The notes below the pieces were generated by a model. The model searched no databases. It was not told where the DNA came from and saw only the letters and a program-made list of their open reading frames with translations. The translations under genes and the position numbers were made by a program. A stretch of DNA of 27,121 nucleotides from Candidatus Eiseniibacteriota bacterium (GTDB lineage Bacteria; Eisenbacteria; RBG-16-71-46; DASYSL01): assembly GCA_031431875.1 (NCBI GenBank), contig JANPEF010000140.1:1-27121 (forward strand). The letters run 5' to 3'. Numbering within the stretch: position 1 is the first letter of the stretch; each line of letters starts with the position of its first letter. This document shows, in pieces, positions 1 through 11,848 of this stretch.

Positions 1-834
1 GACCGCCTGATCGGCAGCGGAAGCGTCCCCGCCGGCGCGCGCTACGTCGCCAAGGAAGCGCAGTTCGAGATTGGGCTGCGCACCGACGTCGTGCGGGCCG
101 AGACGCTGGCGCCGACGCGCTCGGCGTTCGGGACCGTGGTCGCCGATCCAGCGGCGAGCGCGAGCGTGATCGCGCCGCAGACCGGCCGCTTCATCTCGGG
201 CCGGACGTGGCGCCCCGGCGATCGCGTCAGGCACGGGCAGCCGCTGGGCGCGGTGCTGGTCGTCGATGAGTTGCCGGTGCGCGCGCCACTCGGCGGCACG
301 CTTGCCACGATCCAGGTCGTTCCGGGACAGACCGTGGCCGCCGGGCAGGTGATCGCGACCATCGTCGACCTCTCGCGCGTGCGCGTCGACCTGCCGCTGT
401 ATGGCGAGGCGCTCGCCGCGGGACTTGCTGCGCGCACCGCACGCGTGCGCCTCGCGGCGTTGCCCGATCGCGATTTCGTCGCGCGGGTCGAAGGACTCGC
501 GCCCGCGACCACCGGCGGCGGGACGGGCGCGCCGCTCACGCTCTCCGTGGCGAACCTGGGCGGCATCCTCCGCCCGGGCATGGTCGTCGAGGTCACGCTC
601 GAGCTGCCGGGTGCACTGCCCGCGCTCACGGTGCCCGCCGCGGCGATCGTCCACACCGAGCAGGGGCCGGCCGTGTTCGTGAAGCTCGCCCCCGAGGCCT
701 TCACGCTGCGCACGATCACGCTCGGCGCGCGCGCCGGCAACCGCGTCGCGATCGCCCACGGCGTCCGTGCCGGAGAAAAGGTCGTCGTCGCCGGGCTCGC
801 GCCGCTGTTGGCGACGGCGGAGGCGCCGCGATGA
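1..834 (+). CDS. RND efflux periplasmic adaptor (MFP) subunit, 5'-partial
   Basis: Frame is open from base 1 to the TGA at 832-834. Lipoyl half-motifs GDRVRHGQPL and VRAPLGG..PGQTVAAGQ, beta-barrel motif LRPGM, membrane-proximal motifs VPAAAIV and GEKVV. ATGA overlap with the RND pump. Confidence 0.9.
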   Translation, partial: DRLIGSGSVPAGARYVAKEAQFEIGLRTDVVRAETLAPTRSAFGTVVADPAASASVIAPQTGRFISGRTWRPGDRVRHGQPLGAVLVVDELPVRAPLGGTLATIQVVPGQTVAAGQVIATIVDLSRVRVDLPLYGEALAAGLAARTARVRLAALPDRDFVARVEGLAPATTGGGTGAPLTLSVANLGGILRPGMVVEVTLELPGALPALTVPAAAIVHTEQGPAVFVKLAPEAFTLRTITLGARAGNRVAIAHGVRAGEKVVVAGLAPLLATAEAPR

Positions 835-3800
835 TCGACGCCCTGATCCGGCACTCGCTGGCGCGGCGCGGGCTCGTGCTCGCGCTCGCGGCCGGGCTGC
901 TCGTGTGGGGCGGCCTCGTCGCCACGCGCATGCCGGTCGACGTCTTCCCGGACCTCAATCGTCCCACGGTGACCGTGCAGACCGAGGCGGGCGGCCTTGC
1001 CCCCGAGGAGGTCGAGGTGCTGGTCACGCGCCCGATCGAGACGTCGATGGCCGGCGCGCCCGGCGTGGAGCGCGTGCGCTCGACGTCCGCCGCCGGGCTG
1101 TCGATCGTCGTCGTCGAGTTCGCGTGGGGGACCGACGTGCTGCTCGATCGCCAGCTCGTCACCGAGCGCCTGCAGGAGGCGCGCGCGACGCTCCCGCCCG
1201 GTGTCGACCCGGCCCTCGGTCCGGTGAGCTCGATCATGGGCGAGATCATGCTCGTCGGGATCGAGAGCCCCTCGGGCGACGTCTCGCCGACCGAGCTGCG
1301 CCGCTTCGCCGAGGTCACGCTCATCCCGCGCCTCGAGGCGGTGCCCGGCGTCGCGCAGGTACTGGCGTTGGGCGGCGGCCTGCGCGAGCTGCGCATCGAA
1401 CCCGATCCCGCGCGCATGGCGGCCGCCGGCGTCACGCTCGCCGAGGTGACGGCTGCGGCCGGGGAGGCAACCGGCGCGACGAGCGGCGGCTTCCTCGAGA
1501 CCGGTCCGCAGGAGTTCGTGGTCCGCAACCTCGGGCGCACGACCGACGTCGCGATCCTCGCCACCACGCCGGTCGCGACGCACACCGGCGCGACGATCCC
1601 GCTCGGCGCGATCGCCGACGTGCGCGAGGCCACCGCGGTCCGCCGCGGCGACGCGGGCATGAACGGCCGCCCCGCGATCGTGCTCACCGTGAAGAAGCAG
1701 CCGAAACGCGACACCGTGCGCCTGACCAAGGAGCTCGAGCGCGCCCTGGTCGGGCTCACGCCGCAGTTCCCCGGCGACGCGCGGGCGCGCGTCCTGTTCG
1801 AGCAGTCGCGCTTCATCGAGGCCGCGATCCACAACGTCGAGGAGGCGCTGCGCGACGGCGCGATCCTCGTCATGATCGTGCTCGCCCTGTTCCTGCTCAA
1901 CGTCCGGACGACGGCCATCACGCTGACGGCGATCCCGCTGTCGTTTGCCGTTGCCGTCCTGGTGTTGCGCGCGTTCGGGCAGGAGCTCAATACCATGACG
2001 CTCGGCGGCCTCGCCATCGCCACCGGCGAGGTGGTCGACGACGCGATCGTGGACGTCGAGAACGTGTTCCGCCGCCTGCGCGAGAACCGTGCGGCCGGCT
2101 CGCCACGCGCCGCGCTGGCGGTGGTCTACGACGCCTCGCGCGAGGTGCGCAGCTCGATCGTCTACGCCACGGCGCTGGTCATCCTCGTCTTCCTGCCGCT
2201 GTTCGCGCTGTCGGGCATCGAGGGCCGCCTCTTCGCGCCGCTGGGCGCAGCCTACGTTCTCGCCATCGTCGCCTCGTTCGTGGTCTCGATCACGGTCACG
2301 CCCGCGCTCGCGCTGGTCCTGTTGCCACGCTCCCGCGCGACCGCCCACGCGAAGGACAGCCCGCTGGTGCGCGCGCTCAAGGCGCTCGACGCGCGCCTGC
2401 TCGCCCGCGCGCTCGACCGCCCGGCGATTCCGCTGGGCCTCGCCGCGCTGCTGACCGCGGCCGCGATCGCCGTCGTGCCGTTCCTCGGCCGCACCTTCCT
2501 GCCGCCGTTCGCCGAGGGCACCGCCACGATCAACCTGCTGGCCCGGCCCGGCATCTCGCTCGAGGAATCGTCCCGCCTCGGCCAACTCGCCGAGCATCGC
2601 CTCACCGCGGTGCCCGAGGTGATCTCGACCGGACGCCGCACCGGCCGTGCCGAGCGCGACGACCACGCCGAGGGCGTGCACTACAGCGAGATCGACGTCG
2701 AGCTGAAGCGCTCGAAGCGTGCGCCGGCCGAGGTCTTCGCCGACCTTCGCGGCGTGCTCGCCGACCTGCCCGGCGTGCGCGTGTCGGTGGGGCAGCCGAT
2801 CGCGCATCGCCTCGACCACCTGCTCTCGGGGGTGCGGGCGCAACTCGCAGTCAAGGTGTTCGGACCGGACCTCGCCGACCTGCGAGCCCAGGGCGAGTCG
2901 GTGCGCGCCGCGCTGGCCGGCGTGCCGGGCATCGTCGACCTCGCGGTCGAGGCGCAGACACTCGTCCCGCAGGTGCAGGTGCTGGCCGATCGCGAACGCA
3001 TGGCCGCATACGGAGTCGCCCCGGGAGCGCTCAACGCGCAGCTCGCGACCGCACTGGCGGGTACGACCGTGGGCTCGATCCTCGAGGGGCCGGTGCGCTC
3101 GAACCTGGTCGTGCGCCTGCCCGAGGCGGCGCGCGCCGATGCCGCGCAACTGGGCGCGCTGCCGATCGACACGCCGAACGGCGGACGGGTGCCGCTGGCC
3201 GCGCTCGCCGACGTGCGCGAGACCTTCGGACCAAACCAGATCCAGCACGAGGGCGGGCAACGCCGCATCGCCGTGATGGCGAACGTGGCGGGACGCGACC
3301 TGGGCTCGGTCGTGCGCGACGTCGAGGCCGCGCTCGCCCGCGACGTGCACCTGCCGGCGGGCTACCGGCTCGAGCTCGGCGGCCAGTTCGAGAGCCAACG
3401 CTCGGCGCAGAAGACTCTGCTGCTCCTGTCGCTCGTGTCGCTCCTGCTGATCTACGCGCTGCTCTACGGGCACTTCCGCAACCACAGCCTCGTGCTGCAG
3501 GTGCTGATCAACGTGCCGATCGCGCTGGTCGGCGCGGTGGCGGCCGTCGTGCTGTCGGGCGGCACCTTCTCGATCGCGTCGCTGGTCGGCTTCATCGCCG
3601 TGGTCGGAATCGCCTCGCGCAACACGATCATGCTGGTGAGTCACTACCTGCACCTGATCGAGTTCGAGGGCGCCGACTTCTCGCGGGCGACGATCGTGCG
3701 CGGCTCGCTCGAGCGGCTGGTGCCGGTGCTCATGACCGCGCTCACCGCCGGACTGGCGCTGATTCCGCTCGTGCTCGCGCACGACGCGCCGGGCAAGGAG

Positions 3801-3971
3801 ATCCTCGCCCCGGTCGCCACCGTCATCCTGGGCGGCCTCGTCTCGACGACGCTGCTCGACACCCTGGTCACGCCGGCCGCGTTCGCGCGTTTCGGCCGTT
3901 CCGCCGCGGAGGCCGCGCTCGCGCGGCGCGGCGCATCCGCGGGCGATCCCGCCCGCATGGAGGTCGCATGA
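831..3971 (+). CDS. CusA/CzcA-family heavy-metal RND efflux transporter (1046 aa)
   Basis: MPVDVFPDL N-terminus, PEEVE..VT.PIE, TM4 GGLAIATGEVVDDAIVDVEN, GRAERDDHAEG, ERLVPVLMTA..LALIPL, EIL.PVA..ILGGL; typical length. Confidence 0.95.
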   Translation: MIDALIRHSLARRGLVLALAAGLLVWGGLVATRMPVDVFPDLNRPTVTVQTEAGGLAPEEVEVLVTRPIETSMAGAPGVERVRSTSAAGLSIVVVEFAWGTDVLLDRQLVTERLQEARATLPPGVDPALGPVSSIMGEIMLVGIESPSGDVSPTELRRFAEVTLIPRLEAVPGVAQVLALGGGLRELRIEPDPARMAAAGVTLAEVTAAAGEATGATSGGFLETGPQEFVVRNLGRTTDVAILATTPVATHTGATIPLGAIADVREATAVRRGDAGMNGRPAIVLTVKKQPKRDTVRLTKELERALVGLTPQFPGDARARVLFEQSRFIEAAIHNVEEALRDGAILVMIVLALFLLNVRTTAITLTAIPLSFAVAVLVLRAFGQELNTMTLGGLAIATGEVVDDAIVDVENVFRRLRENRAAGSPRAALAVVYDASREVRSSIVYATALVILVFLPLFALSGIEGRLFAPLGAAYVLAIVASFVVSITVTPALALVLLPRSRATAHAKDSPLVRALKALDARLLARALDRPAIPLGLAALLTAAAIAVVPFLGRTFLPPFAEGTATINLLARPGISLEESSRLGQLAEHRLTAVPEVISTGRRTGRAERDDHAEGVHYSEIDVELKRSKRAPAEVFADLRGVLADLPGVRVSVGQPIAHRLDHLLSGVRAQLAVKVFGPDLADLRAQGESVRAALAGVPGIVDLAVEAQTLVPQVQVLADRERMAAYGVAPGALNAQLATALAGTTVGSILEGPVRSNLVVRLPEAARADAAQLGALPIDTPNGGRVPLAALADVRETFGPNQIQHEGGQRRIAVMANVAGRDLGSVVRDVEAALARDVHLPAGYRLELGGQFESQRSAQKTLLLLSLVSLLLIYALLYGHFRNHSLVLQVLINVPIALVGAVAAVVLSGGTFSIASLVGFIAVVGIASRNTIMLVSHYLHLIEFEGADFSRATIVRGSLERLVPVLMTALTAGLALIPLVLAHDAPGKEILAPVATVILGGLVSTTLLDTLVTPAAFARFGRSAAEAALARRGASAGDPARMEVA

Positions 3972-4447
3972 GAATCCGGATCGTTTCACTGCTCGCCGCC
4001 CTGGTCGTCGCCCTCGCCGTCCCCGCAGCCTCCGTCCGGGCCGATCCGGAGGGAGCCGGCCACACGCATGCGAAGCCCGCGTCGAAAGCGCCTCCGAAGA
4101 CCGCCGGCGGCGAGTCGGTGCTCACCACGAAAGTGACGCCCGCCACGTTGCAGGGCGAGATCGTCGATCCCCAGTGCTGGATCCAGCACGACGGCCGGGG
4201 CAAGGCGCACACCGGTTGCGCACTGTCCTGCGCCAAGTCGGGCCAGACGCTCGCGTTCCTCGACGACAAGACGGGCAAGCTCTACCAGGTCCTCGCGCCG
4301 GCCCACAGCGCGGACCCGAACGAGCCGCTCTACGCCTGGGTGGGGAAGCCGGTGATCGTGAAGGGGGACCTGATGGCGCGCGGCGGGATGAACGCAATCG
4401 TGATCAAGAGCGTGGTGGCCGACAAGTCTGCGAAGCAGCGGCCATGA
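3968..4447 (+). CDS. Secreted hypothetical protein (159 aa) with a Cys/His motif, putative metal-binding
   Basis: ATG at 3968 overlaps the pump stop (ATGA); it is the C-terminal part of track ORF 767..4447. Signal peptide MRIRIVSLLAALVVALAVPAASVRA, then HTH residues and GEIVDPQCW..GKAHTGCALSCAKSG. Confidence 0.85.
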   Translation: MRIRIVSLLAALVVALAVPAASVRADPEGAGHTHAKPASKAPPKTAGGESVLTTKVTPATLQGEIVDPQCWIQHDGRGKAHTGCALSCAKSGQTLAFLDDKTGKLYQVLAPAHSADPNEPLYAWVGKPVIVKGDLMARGGMNAIVIKSVVADKSAKQRP

Positions 4448-5697
4448 GGGCCGGGGACTGCACGCGGGTCATCGTGCTCCCTCGGCTCACTGCAACTGTG
4501 CTCGGACTCGCCCTGGGGCTCCTCGCCGGCAAGGTCTCGGCGGCATCGGTCCGGTCCACGATCCGCGCGGTGTCCTCGCCCGCCCCGGCTGGTAGCGCCG
4601 AGCCGCGTCTCGCCGTCAGCGCGAACGGAATCGCGATGAGCTGGTTCGAGCCGCGCCCTGGGGGCGGGCACCGCCTGCGCTGTGCGCTTCGGGACGAGGA
4701 CCACTGGTCTCCTTCCAGCACGATTGCCGAAGGGGATTCGTTCTTCGTGAACTGGGCGGACTTCCCCAGCCTGCGTTGGCAGGGAGGGCATCGCTGGGCG
4801 GCCCACTGGATGTGGAAGCGGGGATCCGGGACCTACGCCTACGACGTGCGAGTCGCCTTCTCGGACGACGACGGTCGCTCGTGGAGTTCTCCGGTCACGC
4901 CCCATCGCGACGACACTCCGACCGAACACGGGTTCGCCAGCCTCGTCGTGGAACCCGGTGGATTGCGCGCCTTCTGGCTCGATGGTCGCAATTTCTTCGG
5001 CGCGCCGGAGGACGCGGCGCCCGGACCGGACATGACGATCCGCACCGCGCTCATCGACTCCACGAGGGGCCTGTCGGACGAACTGGAACTGGACGCGCGC
5101 ACCTGCGACTGCTGCGCCACGGCCGCCGTCGCGACGGCACGCGGAACCGTGCTCGCGTATCGCGATCGCTCACCGGACGAGATCCGCGACATCGCGGTCG
5201 TCCGCAGCGAAGGCGGACGCTGGTCGGCGCCTCTGATCGTCCATGCTGACGGCTGGAAGATTCCCGGATGCCCGGTGAACGGTCCGGCCATGGACGCCCG
5301 CGGCGACCTTGTCGTCCTCGGCTGGTACACGGCGGCGGCGGAGACGGCTCGCGTTCTCGTGGCGTGGTCCTCGGATGCGGGCGCTTCGTTCACGCCGCCG
5401 GTGCGCATCGACGGCGGCAATCCGGCAGGACGCGTCGCGGTCGCCATGCTTCCCGACGGGGACGCACAGGTCGCCTGGCTCGAGAACGGGGAGAAGGACG
5501 CGAGCATCCAGACCCGCCGCGTAGCGGCGGACGGAACCCTCGGGCCGACCGGGATCGTGGTGAGGACGTCGCCTGCTCGCGCCAGCGGCTTTCCGCAGCT
5601 GGTGCGGGACGGTCGCTCGCTCGTGTTCGCCTGGACCGAGGCCGGGAAGCCCTCCCGCATTCGGCTCGCGCGCATGAACCTCGAAGCGGAACGTTGA
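4444..5697 (+). CDS. Secreted BNR/Asp-box (sialidase-like) beta-propeller protein (417 aa)
   Basis: ATGA overlap with the previous gene; hydrophobic N-terminus; Asp-boxes SDDDGRSWS and SSDAGASFT; motifs NWADFP, TEHGF, TCDCC, GCPVNGP. Confidence 0.85.
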   Translation: MRAGDCTRVIVLPRLTATVLGLALGLLAGKVSAASVRSTIRAVSSPAPAGSAEPRLAVSANGIAMSWFEPRPGGGHRLRCALRDEDHWSPSSTIAEGDSFFVNWADFPSLRWQGGHRWAAHWMWKRGSGTYAYDVRVAFSDDDGRSWSSPVTPHRDDTPTEHGFASLVVEPGGLRAFWLDGRNFFGAPEDAAPGPDMTIRTALIDSTRGLSDELELDARTCDCCATAAVATARGTVLAYRDRSPDEIRDIAVVRSEGGRWSAPLIVHADGWKIPGCPVNGPAMDARGDLVVLGWYTAAAETARVLVAWSSDAGASFTPPVRIDGGNPAGRVAVAMLPDGDAQVAWLENGEKDASIQTRRVAADGTLGPTGIVVRTSPARASGFPQLVRDGRSLVFAWTEAGKPSRIRLARMNLEAER

Positions 5698-5714
5698 CCG
5701 CGGTGGAGGACGAA

Positions 5715-8095
<2,381 letters not shown>

Positions 8096-8099
<4 letters not shown>

Positions 8100-9379
8100 C
8101 GGATCGCCAGCAGCCGCTCGATCGCATCGGCCGCGGCGTTCGCGCCGTGCTCTGCGCGCACCTCGGCCCCGACCGCGGCCGCCCGCTCCGCGAAGCCCGG
8201 CTCGGCGAGCACGCGCCCGAGCGCCGCAGTGAGCGTCGCCGCGTCGCAACGATCGCGCGGAAGCGCGAGACCCACGCCCGCCCGCGCGATTCGCGCCGCG
8301 TGGTCGGCCTGGTCGTGCGCGAACGGGACGACGACCATCGGCCGCCCCGCGCGCAATGCCTGGCCGGTGGTGCCCGCGCCACCCTGGTGAACGACCGCCG
8401 CCGCGCGCGGCAGCAGTTCCGAGTACGGCGCATATGGAAATACCACGACCCCGGACGGCAGCGGATCGGGAAGGCGCTGCGCGATCTTGCGCCCGACGAG
8501 CAGCACGGCGCGCCGCCCCAGCCGCGCGGCCGCGTGCGCCCCGTTGGTGTAGAACAGGCCTGCCGTGTGCACCGCCGAGGAGCCCAGCGTGAAGACCAGC
8601 GGCGGGGGACCGGCGTCGAGGAATGCGGCGAGCTCGGCGGGGAGTCCGGCGGCGTGATCCTCGCGGTCGTAGAACGCGAACCCGCACTGGACCGACGACG
8701 GCGGCCAGTCCGGCTGCGGTGCCGCGAGTGCGCGCGAGAACAGCACGAGATGGAGCAGGGGGGAGAACACGCCCTCGTACATCGGATGCAGCGTCGCCCG
8801 GGGCAGCCCCATCGACGCGCGCACGCCGTCGACCGCCCCCATCCATGGCCGCGAGACCACCTTGCCGACGGCGAAGAATGCGTGGTAGAGCGCCGGGAAG
8901 CGTCGACCCCACGGCTCGAGCCACGGTGCCTGCGGCCACACCGACGGATCGAGCGCCGAGTACTGGAGCAGCGGTTGAAGCGAGGTGGAAGCCCACGGCA
9001 AGCCGCGCTTCTCGGCGACGATCGCGACTCCGAACGTGAGCGGATGGGCGACGAGCAGGTCGGCATCGTGTGCCGCCGCATCGATCGCGGCCGTCGTTGC
9101 GGCGACGTGGGGCAGCACCAGTTCCTGGATCACGTAGCGCGACCCATCCGGGCCGTCCATCGCCCGCCGCATCGTCGCGCCGAAGTCGTCCAGCTCGGCG
9201 AGGTTCGGTGGCAGCGTGGCGAAGGCGATCCCCTCGGACTCGACCTTCGGGCGGTACATCTCGTGGCTCAGGAGCGTGGCGCGGTGTCCGCGGTCGCGCA
9301 GCGCGATCGCGATGGCCAGCGCCGGGTGCAGGTCGCCGAGCGACCCGTACGCGGCGAGGACGACGTGGCGCGGCGTCAC
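8096..9379 (-). CDS. GT1-family glycosyltransferase (RhlB/YjiC-like, 427 aa)
   Basis: GTG at 9379 overlaps the upstream stop (GTGA); N-terminal GSLGDLHP; C-terminal [28 protein letters not shown] nucleotide-sugar-binding motif. Confidence 0.9.
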
Positions 9380-10032
9380 CGCGCGGCGCTGTGCGCGGCG
9401 GGGGCGGACGTGGTCGTCGCCCGCTCGCCGGCGGCGATCGCCTGTTCGAAGCGGCGCACGGCCCCGCGCGCGGTCTTCCCGCGGTTGGCGGCGATCGCGC
9501 CGCGGGCCTCCTCGTGCATCCACTGGGCGATGCCGGGCGCCAGTCGCGGCACGCGGCCCGTCTCTGGCCGGACGTGCATCGCCTTTGGCACGGCGAGGTA
9601 GAACGGCGCGACGTCGATCACGTCGGGGCTGCGCGCCAGCGCGTACAGGTCGGCCGCCTTCTCGCCGCCCGGCACCAGGCCACGCGCCTGCAGCAGGTGC
9701 ACGAACTCGTGGGCGATCACCAGCCGATGGATGATGCGCGGTCGTAGCCACAGCGCCGGCCGCTCGCCCATCGAGGCGAGGCCAAGGACCGTGCGCCGCT
9801 TGGTCATGCCGATCGTCACCGTGACCCCCTCGAGCTCGGGAAAGTGGGCGCGCACGAAATCGAGCTCGCGCCGGGCCCTGGTGCGGTGCGGCGAGACGAG
9901 CCACGGGCGGGTCCACTTCCAGCGCCCATCATCGGCGGCGCGCTCCTCGGCGGTGGGCGGGGCGGTGGCGACGAACAGCTCGAGCTGGGGCCACAGGAAG
10001 GCGACCAGGCGTCGGGCGGTCCGGCGGATCAA
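9376..10032 (-). CDS. Hypothetical HExxH zincin-like metalloprotein (~218 aa)
   Basis: Probable TTG start overlapping the oppC stop (TTGA); IAHEFVHLLQ..GEKAADLYA; coupled to neighbours at both ends. Start codon is inferred. Confidence 0.7.
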   Translation of the reverse strand: MIRRTARRLVAFLWPQLELFVATAPPTAEERAADDGRWKWTRPWLVSPHRTRARRELDFVRAHFPELEGVTVTIGMTKRRTVLGLASMGERPALWLRPRIIHRLVIAHEFVHLLQARGLVPGGEKAADLYALARSPDVIDVAPFYLAVPKAMHVRPETGRVPRLAPGIAQWMHEEARGAIAANRGKTARGAVRRFEQAIAAGERATTTSAPAAHSAAR

Positions 10033-10934
10033 GCCGCGACTCGCTTGTCGTAAGGGTCGAGCGCGTCGCGCAGGCCGTCGCCCACGAAGTTGAAGGCGAA
10101 CAACGTCAGCGCAAGTGCGGCTCCCGGGAAGATGGTGAGCCAGGGGAAGAAGGCGATCATCTGCGCACCCTCCGAGACGAGCACGCCCCACGACGCGTCG
10201 GGCGGCTGCACGCCGAGGCCGAGGAACGAGAGGAACGCCTCCTGCAGGATGATCGCCGGGATCGTCAGCGTGGAGTAGACGATCACCGGGCCCAGCGTGT
10301 TCGGCACGATGTGCCCGAACACGATCCGCGCATCGCGGGCACCGAGCGCGCGAGCCGCCTCGACGAACGTCTGGTTCTTGAGCGACAGCACCTGCCCGCG
10401 GACGATGCGCGCCATGGTCAGCCATTGCACGGCGCCCAGCGCGACGAACAGCATGAGCAGGCTCTTGGAGAAGAACACGAGCAGCAGGATGACGAGAAAG
10501 ATGTACGGCAGCGAGTAGAGCACGTCGACGACCCGCATCATGAACTCGTCGATGCGGCCGCCCAGGTAGGCCGAGATCGCGCCGTAGCTGACGCCGATCA
10601 GGATCGAGACGAACGTCCCCACGAGCCCGACGAGCAACGAAATCCGCCCGCCATGGATCGTGCGGGCCAGCATGTCGCGGCCCAGCAGGTCGGTGCCGAA
10701 CGGATGCGACCACGACGGCCCGGTCACGCCCAGCGCGAAATCGGTGGCGTTGGGATCCGGCAGGAACGGGATCCACGGCGCGAGCGCGCAGACGATGCCG
10801 ATCGCCAGCAGCGTCACACCCGAGACCACCGCCATGCGATTGCGCTGGAGGCGCCGCCACGCATCGCTCCACAGCGTCCCGCCCGGGCGCGCGACGACGG
10901 GGCCGGCGACGGCGGGGCTCGCGACGGCGCTCAT
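10029..10934 (-). CDS. oppC: Oligopeptide ABC transporter permease OppC (301 aa)
   Basis: HPFGTDLLGRD, GGRISL, FVEAARALGA (EAA loop), EAFLSFLGLG, FNFVGDGLRDALDP; ATGA overlap with oppB. Confidence 0.95.
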   Translation of the reverse strand: MSAVASPAVAGPVVARPGGTLWSDAWRRLQRNRMAVVSGVTLLAIGIVCALAPWIPFLPDPNATDFALGVTGPSWSHPFGTDLLGRDMLARTIHGGRISLLVGLVGTFVSILIGVSYGAISAYLGGRIDEFMMRVVDVLYSLPYIFLVILLLVFFSKSLLMLFVALGAVQWLTMARIVRGQVLSLKNQTFVEAARALGARDARIVFGHIVPNTLGPVIVYSTLTIPAIILQEAFLSFLGLGVQPPDASWGVLVSEGAQMIAFFPWLTIFPGAALALTLFAFNFVGDGLRDALDPYDKRVAA

Positions 10935-11848
10935 GCCAGCTCCACGCGCGGGTCGAACCACGAGTACGCGACGTCGACCACCAGGTTGAGCACCATCAGG
11001 AAGCCCGCGTAGAAGACGACGATCCCGAGCACCAGCGTGTAGTCGCGGTTGAACGCGGCCGACACGAGCTGGCGGCCGAGCCCGGGCACGGCGAAGATCT
11101 GCTCGATCACGATCGAGCCCATGACGATGCGCGCCACGGCCGGTCCCAGGTAGCTGACGACCGGGAGAATGCCGAGCTTGAGCGCGTGCCCGAAGACGAC
11201 GCGCGACTCGGGCAGGCCCTTTGCCCGGGCGGTGCGGATGTAGTCCTGGCGGAGCGTCTCGAGCATGCCGCCACGGGTGAGCCGCGCGATGTAAGCGAGG
11301 TAGATCGCCGACAGCGTGAGCACCGGCAGGACCCGGCTCGACGGCCCGAGCCAGAGCGCGGGCGGCAGCCAGTAGAGCGTGAGCGCGAACACCAGCACCA
11401 GCACGGGGCCGAGCACGAAGTTCGGAATCGACACCCCGAGCAGCGTTGCGGACATGGTGAGATAGTCGGTCGCCGTGTTCTGGCGATTGGCCGCAATCAC
11501 GCCCAGCGGGATGCCCAGCGCGAGTGCCAGCAGCAGCGACCACAGGCCCAGCTCGAACGACGCCGGAAAGCTGGAGCGAATGATGTCCGACACCTGCTGC
11601 GTGGGGTACTTGTACGAGGGCCCGAAGTCGAGCCGCGCGGCGTTGCCGAGGAAGGTGACGTACTGCTCGGGCCACGGCTTGTCGAGGCCGTACTTGGCGA
11701 ACAGGACCTCCTTCGCGGCGGCCGGGATCTCGCGCTCGGACTGGAAGGGCCCGCCCGGCGCGGCCCGCATCATGAAAAACGTGAGCGTGGCGATCGCCCA
11801 CAGCGTGGGGACCATCAGCAGCATCCGCCGCAGGATGAACGTGATCAT
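10931..11848 (-). CDS. oppB: Oligopeptide ABC transporter permease OppB (305 aa)
   Basis: [51 protein letters not shown] overlap with oppA. Confidence 0.95.
   Translation of the reverse strand: MITFILRRMLLMVPTLWAIATLTFFMMRAAPGGPFQSEREIPAAAKEVLFAKYGLDKPWPEQYVTFLGNAARLDFGPSYKYPTQQVSDIIRSSFPASFELGLWSLLLALALGIPLGVIAANRQNTATDYLTMSATLLGVSIPNFVLGPVLVLVFALTLYWLPPALWLGPSSRVLPVLTLSAIYLAYIARLTRGGMLETLRQDYIRTARAKGLPESRVVFGHALKLGILPVVSYLGPAVARIVMGSIVIEQIFAVPGLGRQLVSAAFNRDYTLVLGIVVFYAGFLMVLNLVVDVAYSWFDPRVELA

Noticed and set aside
42..3989. 1315-aa minus-strand ORF and similar long antisense or off-frame ORFs (e.g. 767..4447 upstream part, 6938..9601, 18393..20435, 20735..22408)
   Set aside because: Shadow ORFs of high-GC genes: Arg/Gly/Ala-rich, no motifs, and overlapping well-supported genes.
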